A stretch of 64,000 bases of DNA. Source: Takakia lepidozioides (lineage: Eukaryota; Plantae; Bryophyta). This document shows positions 62,191 to 64,000 of the stretch, piece after piece. Where the stretch lies: contig CM060731.1 of NCBI GenBank assembly GCA_030704615.1, forward strand, positions 85,684,001 through 85,748,000, read 5' to 3'. Every line of letters begins with the position of its first letter. Positions within the stretch are counted from its first letter, which is position 1. Below the pieces are notes generated by a model. That model saw only the letters and a program-made list of their open reading frames with translations. It did no database searches and had not been told where the DNA came from. The position numbers and the translations under genes are program-made.

Positions 62191-63597
62191 TCAAAAAACA
62201 TGCCAACGACGCGGAGAGTGTCCGCATGTGGAAAGACCAGAACCCAAAATCGGTCTTCTTCTGTCAAGAGGAGAAATTGGCGCCAACATTCAAGCACTAC
62301 GATGGCGACTTAACATTCACAATCGGCATACAAACTGAGTGGCAGAAGGAGCGAATGCTTCAATTAGGCCATGCCCGTATCGTTGCATGCAATGCAACCT
62401 TCGGGACAAATCACCACAAGGTACTCTTCATCCCTTTTACAATTTATCTGCTTGCACAACTAGTGGATATGCGCACACTGGCAGCATCTGACATTCTGCA
62501 TCTTAACAGTTCCCATTGTACACGTTGATGGTCTTCGACGAGTGGCTTAACGGTATACCAGTTGCGTACATCATATGCGCGCATGAGCAGACAACAGACC
62601 TGGTGCCGTGGATGGCAGCCTTGCGGGACTCACTCCTCGCAGAAATGCCGGACTGGCAACCCAATGTCTTCATTGTGGATGATGTCGGCGCCAAAATAAA
62701 CGCCATTACGTAAGTTTCACATACCCTCATGTACACTCGTGTGCAAGTCTGCTGCGTGCGTCCATTATCAGTCTCTTTGGCAAGTCCCTTGTCATACAAC
62801 GCAGTCCTTTGTGCAAGTCCGGCCCACTCCTTTCTGCAAGTCTGCTTGCGCAAGTCTACTGCAAGGTCAGTCTGGTCGGGTCTGCTGCCAGCAAAGTCTG
62901 GGCAAGTCTGCTGTCGGCCTCCTAAGGGCAAGTCCGTTGGAAGACTCACTTATGCAAGTTTGGTGCGAGGTCAGTCTGGTCGGATCTACTGCCACTGAAG
63001 TCTGGGTAAGTCTGCTGCCGGCCTCCTAAGGGCAAGTCCGCTGGCAGGCTAGTCCACCGGAGCGGATTGTTCGCAAGCAGTCCGCTGCAAGACTCACTTG
63101 CGCCAGTCTGCTCCGACATCAGTCTGGTCCAGCAAGTCCGCCGGAGGGGACTGTTCGGAAGTCTGCTGGCAACCCAATCCGCTCGGAATGCCCTCTAGCC
63201 AAGTCCGTTGCAAGACTCACTTACGCAGGTCCGTTGCGAGGTCAGCGTGGTCAGGTCTACTGGCGGTCTCGTGAGGGCAAGACTCATGGCAGGTCAGAGA
63301 GGGCGAGTCTGCTGGCTGAATCCATTGGGCAAGTCCACTGTAGCAGACGGGCAGACCAGTCCACCAGAGAGTCTACTGGGTTAGTGCCCAAGTTCACCGG
63401 CGAAGTCATCTTTGAAGTCTCTCATGTGGGCATGTGTACTTTGCAGGGCTGTTTTTCGAGGAGTGTTCATTTTCCTGTGTCTTTGGCATGGCCGGCGGGC
63501 TTGGATGAAGCAATCATGCGCGAAAACCAAAGATCCTATCACTGCCGCAAACTTGTTGAAGGATATGGGAGACCTCATGTACTGTAGAGGTGGACCA
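62191..63597 (+). pseudogene. MULE transposase fragment (second clade, DDE core) with a repeat-rich intron
   Basis: KHANDAESVRMW, NATFGTN, YTLMVFDEWLNGIPVAYII, FIVDD, LCLWHGRRAW. Confidence 0.82.
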
Positions 63598-64000
63598 AAT
63601 GTTTGCCATGCCCGTTTCTCGGCCAGGTTGCGCACATCCTGCTCCAACATAAAATCGTTCTGTGTCCATGCATCCCCCAACCCGGTGTTGTTCATGACGT
63701 GCTCTTTATGTTCCATCATGATTTGGGCGACTAACAGGCCTCGGCACAGACACTCCATGACCCATGCTTTTAATTCCTCGCTAATGTGTGGTGCATAGGC
63801 GTGGCGAGTGTTCCTGAACTCAGTGGACTTCCCATGACAGGCGTTCCCTTTTGCGTCTATATGCTCCATGTTGTTGTAGTACGTGAGGACACAAATGTCG
63901 GGGGCGAGATAACATTGCTGGACCTTGAAACAGCATTGGCAACCACGGTTGTAAGACTCTCCATATTCCGACTTCTTTCTCCTTGGGCCTTTATGAGGGT
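63598..64000 (-). pseudogene. N-terminal part of the same second-clade MULE transposase, opposite strand
   Basis: RGCQCCF...HIDAKGNACHG...APHISEELKAWV...DVRNL. Confidence 0.7.

Overview
Eukaryotic, intron-bearing DNA made almost entirely of transposable elements. The Met-i primer-binding sites and Ty3/Gypsy and Mutator families suggest a plant, probably a non-seed streptophyte (inference). No host housekeeping genes, RNA genes or CRISPR arrays are evident. The left half is a nest of Ty3/Gypsy LTR retrotransposons. One of them carries a DNMT3-like C5 cytosine methyltransferase between protease and RT, and it has been hit by a second family, which in turn holds a solo LTR (TSDs visible). The right half is dominated by Mutator-like (MULE) DNA transposons. 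The key object is a complete 13.55-kb MULE (45108-58658) with TIRs and a 9-bp TSD (CAGTAGTTG). It encodes a WRKY/GCM-DDE-SWIM transposase and, divergently, a spliced gene of about 1,400 aa fusing a ParB/Srx-like domain (DGNHR) to a beta-class N4/N6 DNA-methyltransferase-like domain (DIPDG ... LDLTCGTG). Its non-coding DNA is packed with the palindrome GGAAATTCGGCGCCGAATTTCC in arrays with periods of 53, 73-75, 84-85 and 95 bp, all close to whole helical turns. Two more diverged fragments of the ParB-MTase gene and a sister 53-bp array with a compensatory palindrome change lie elsewhere in the window. All domain calls come from motif recognition by eye; no searches were run.
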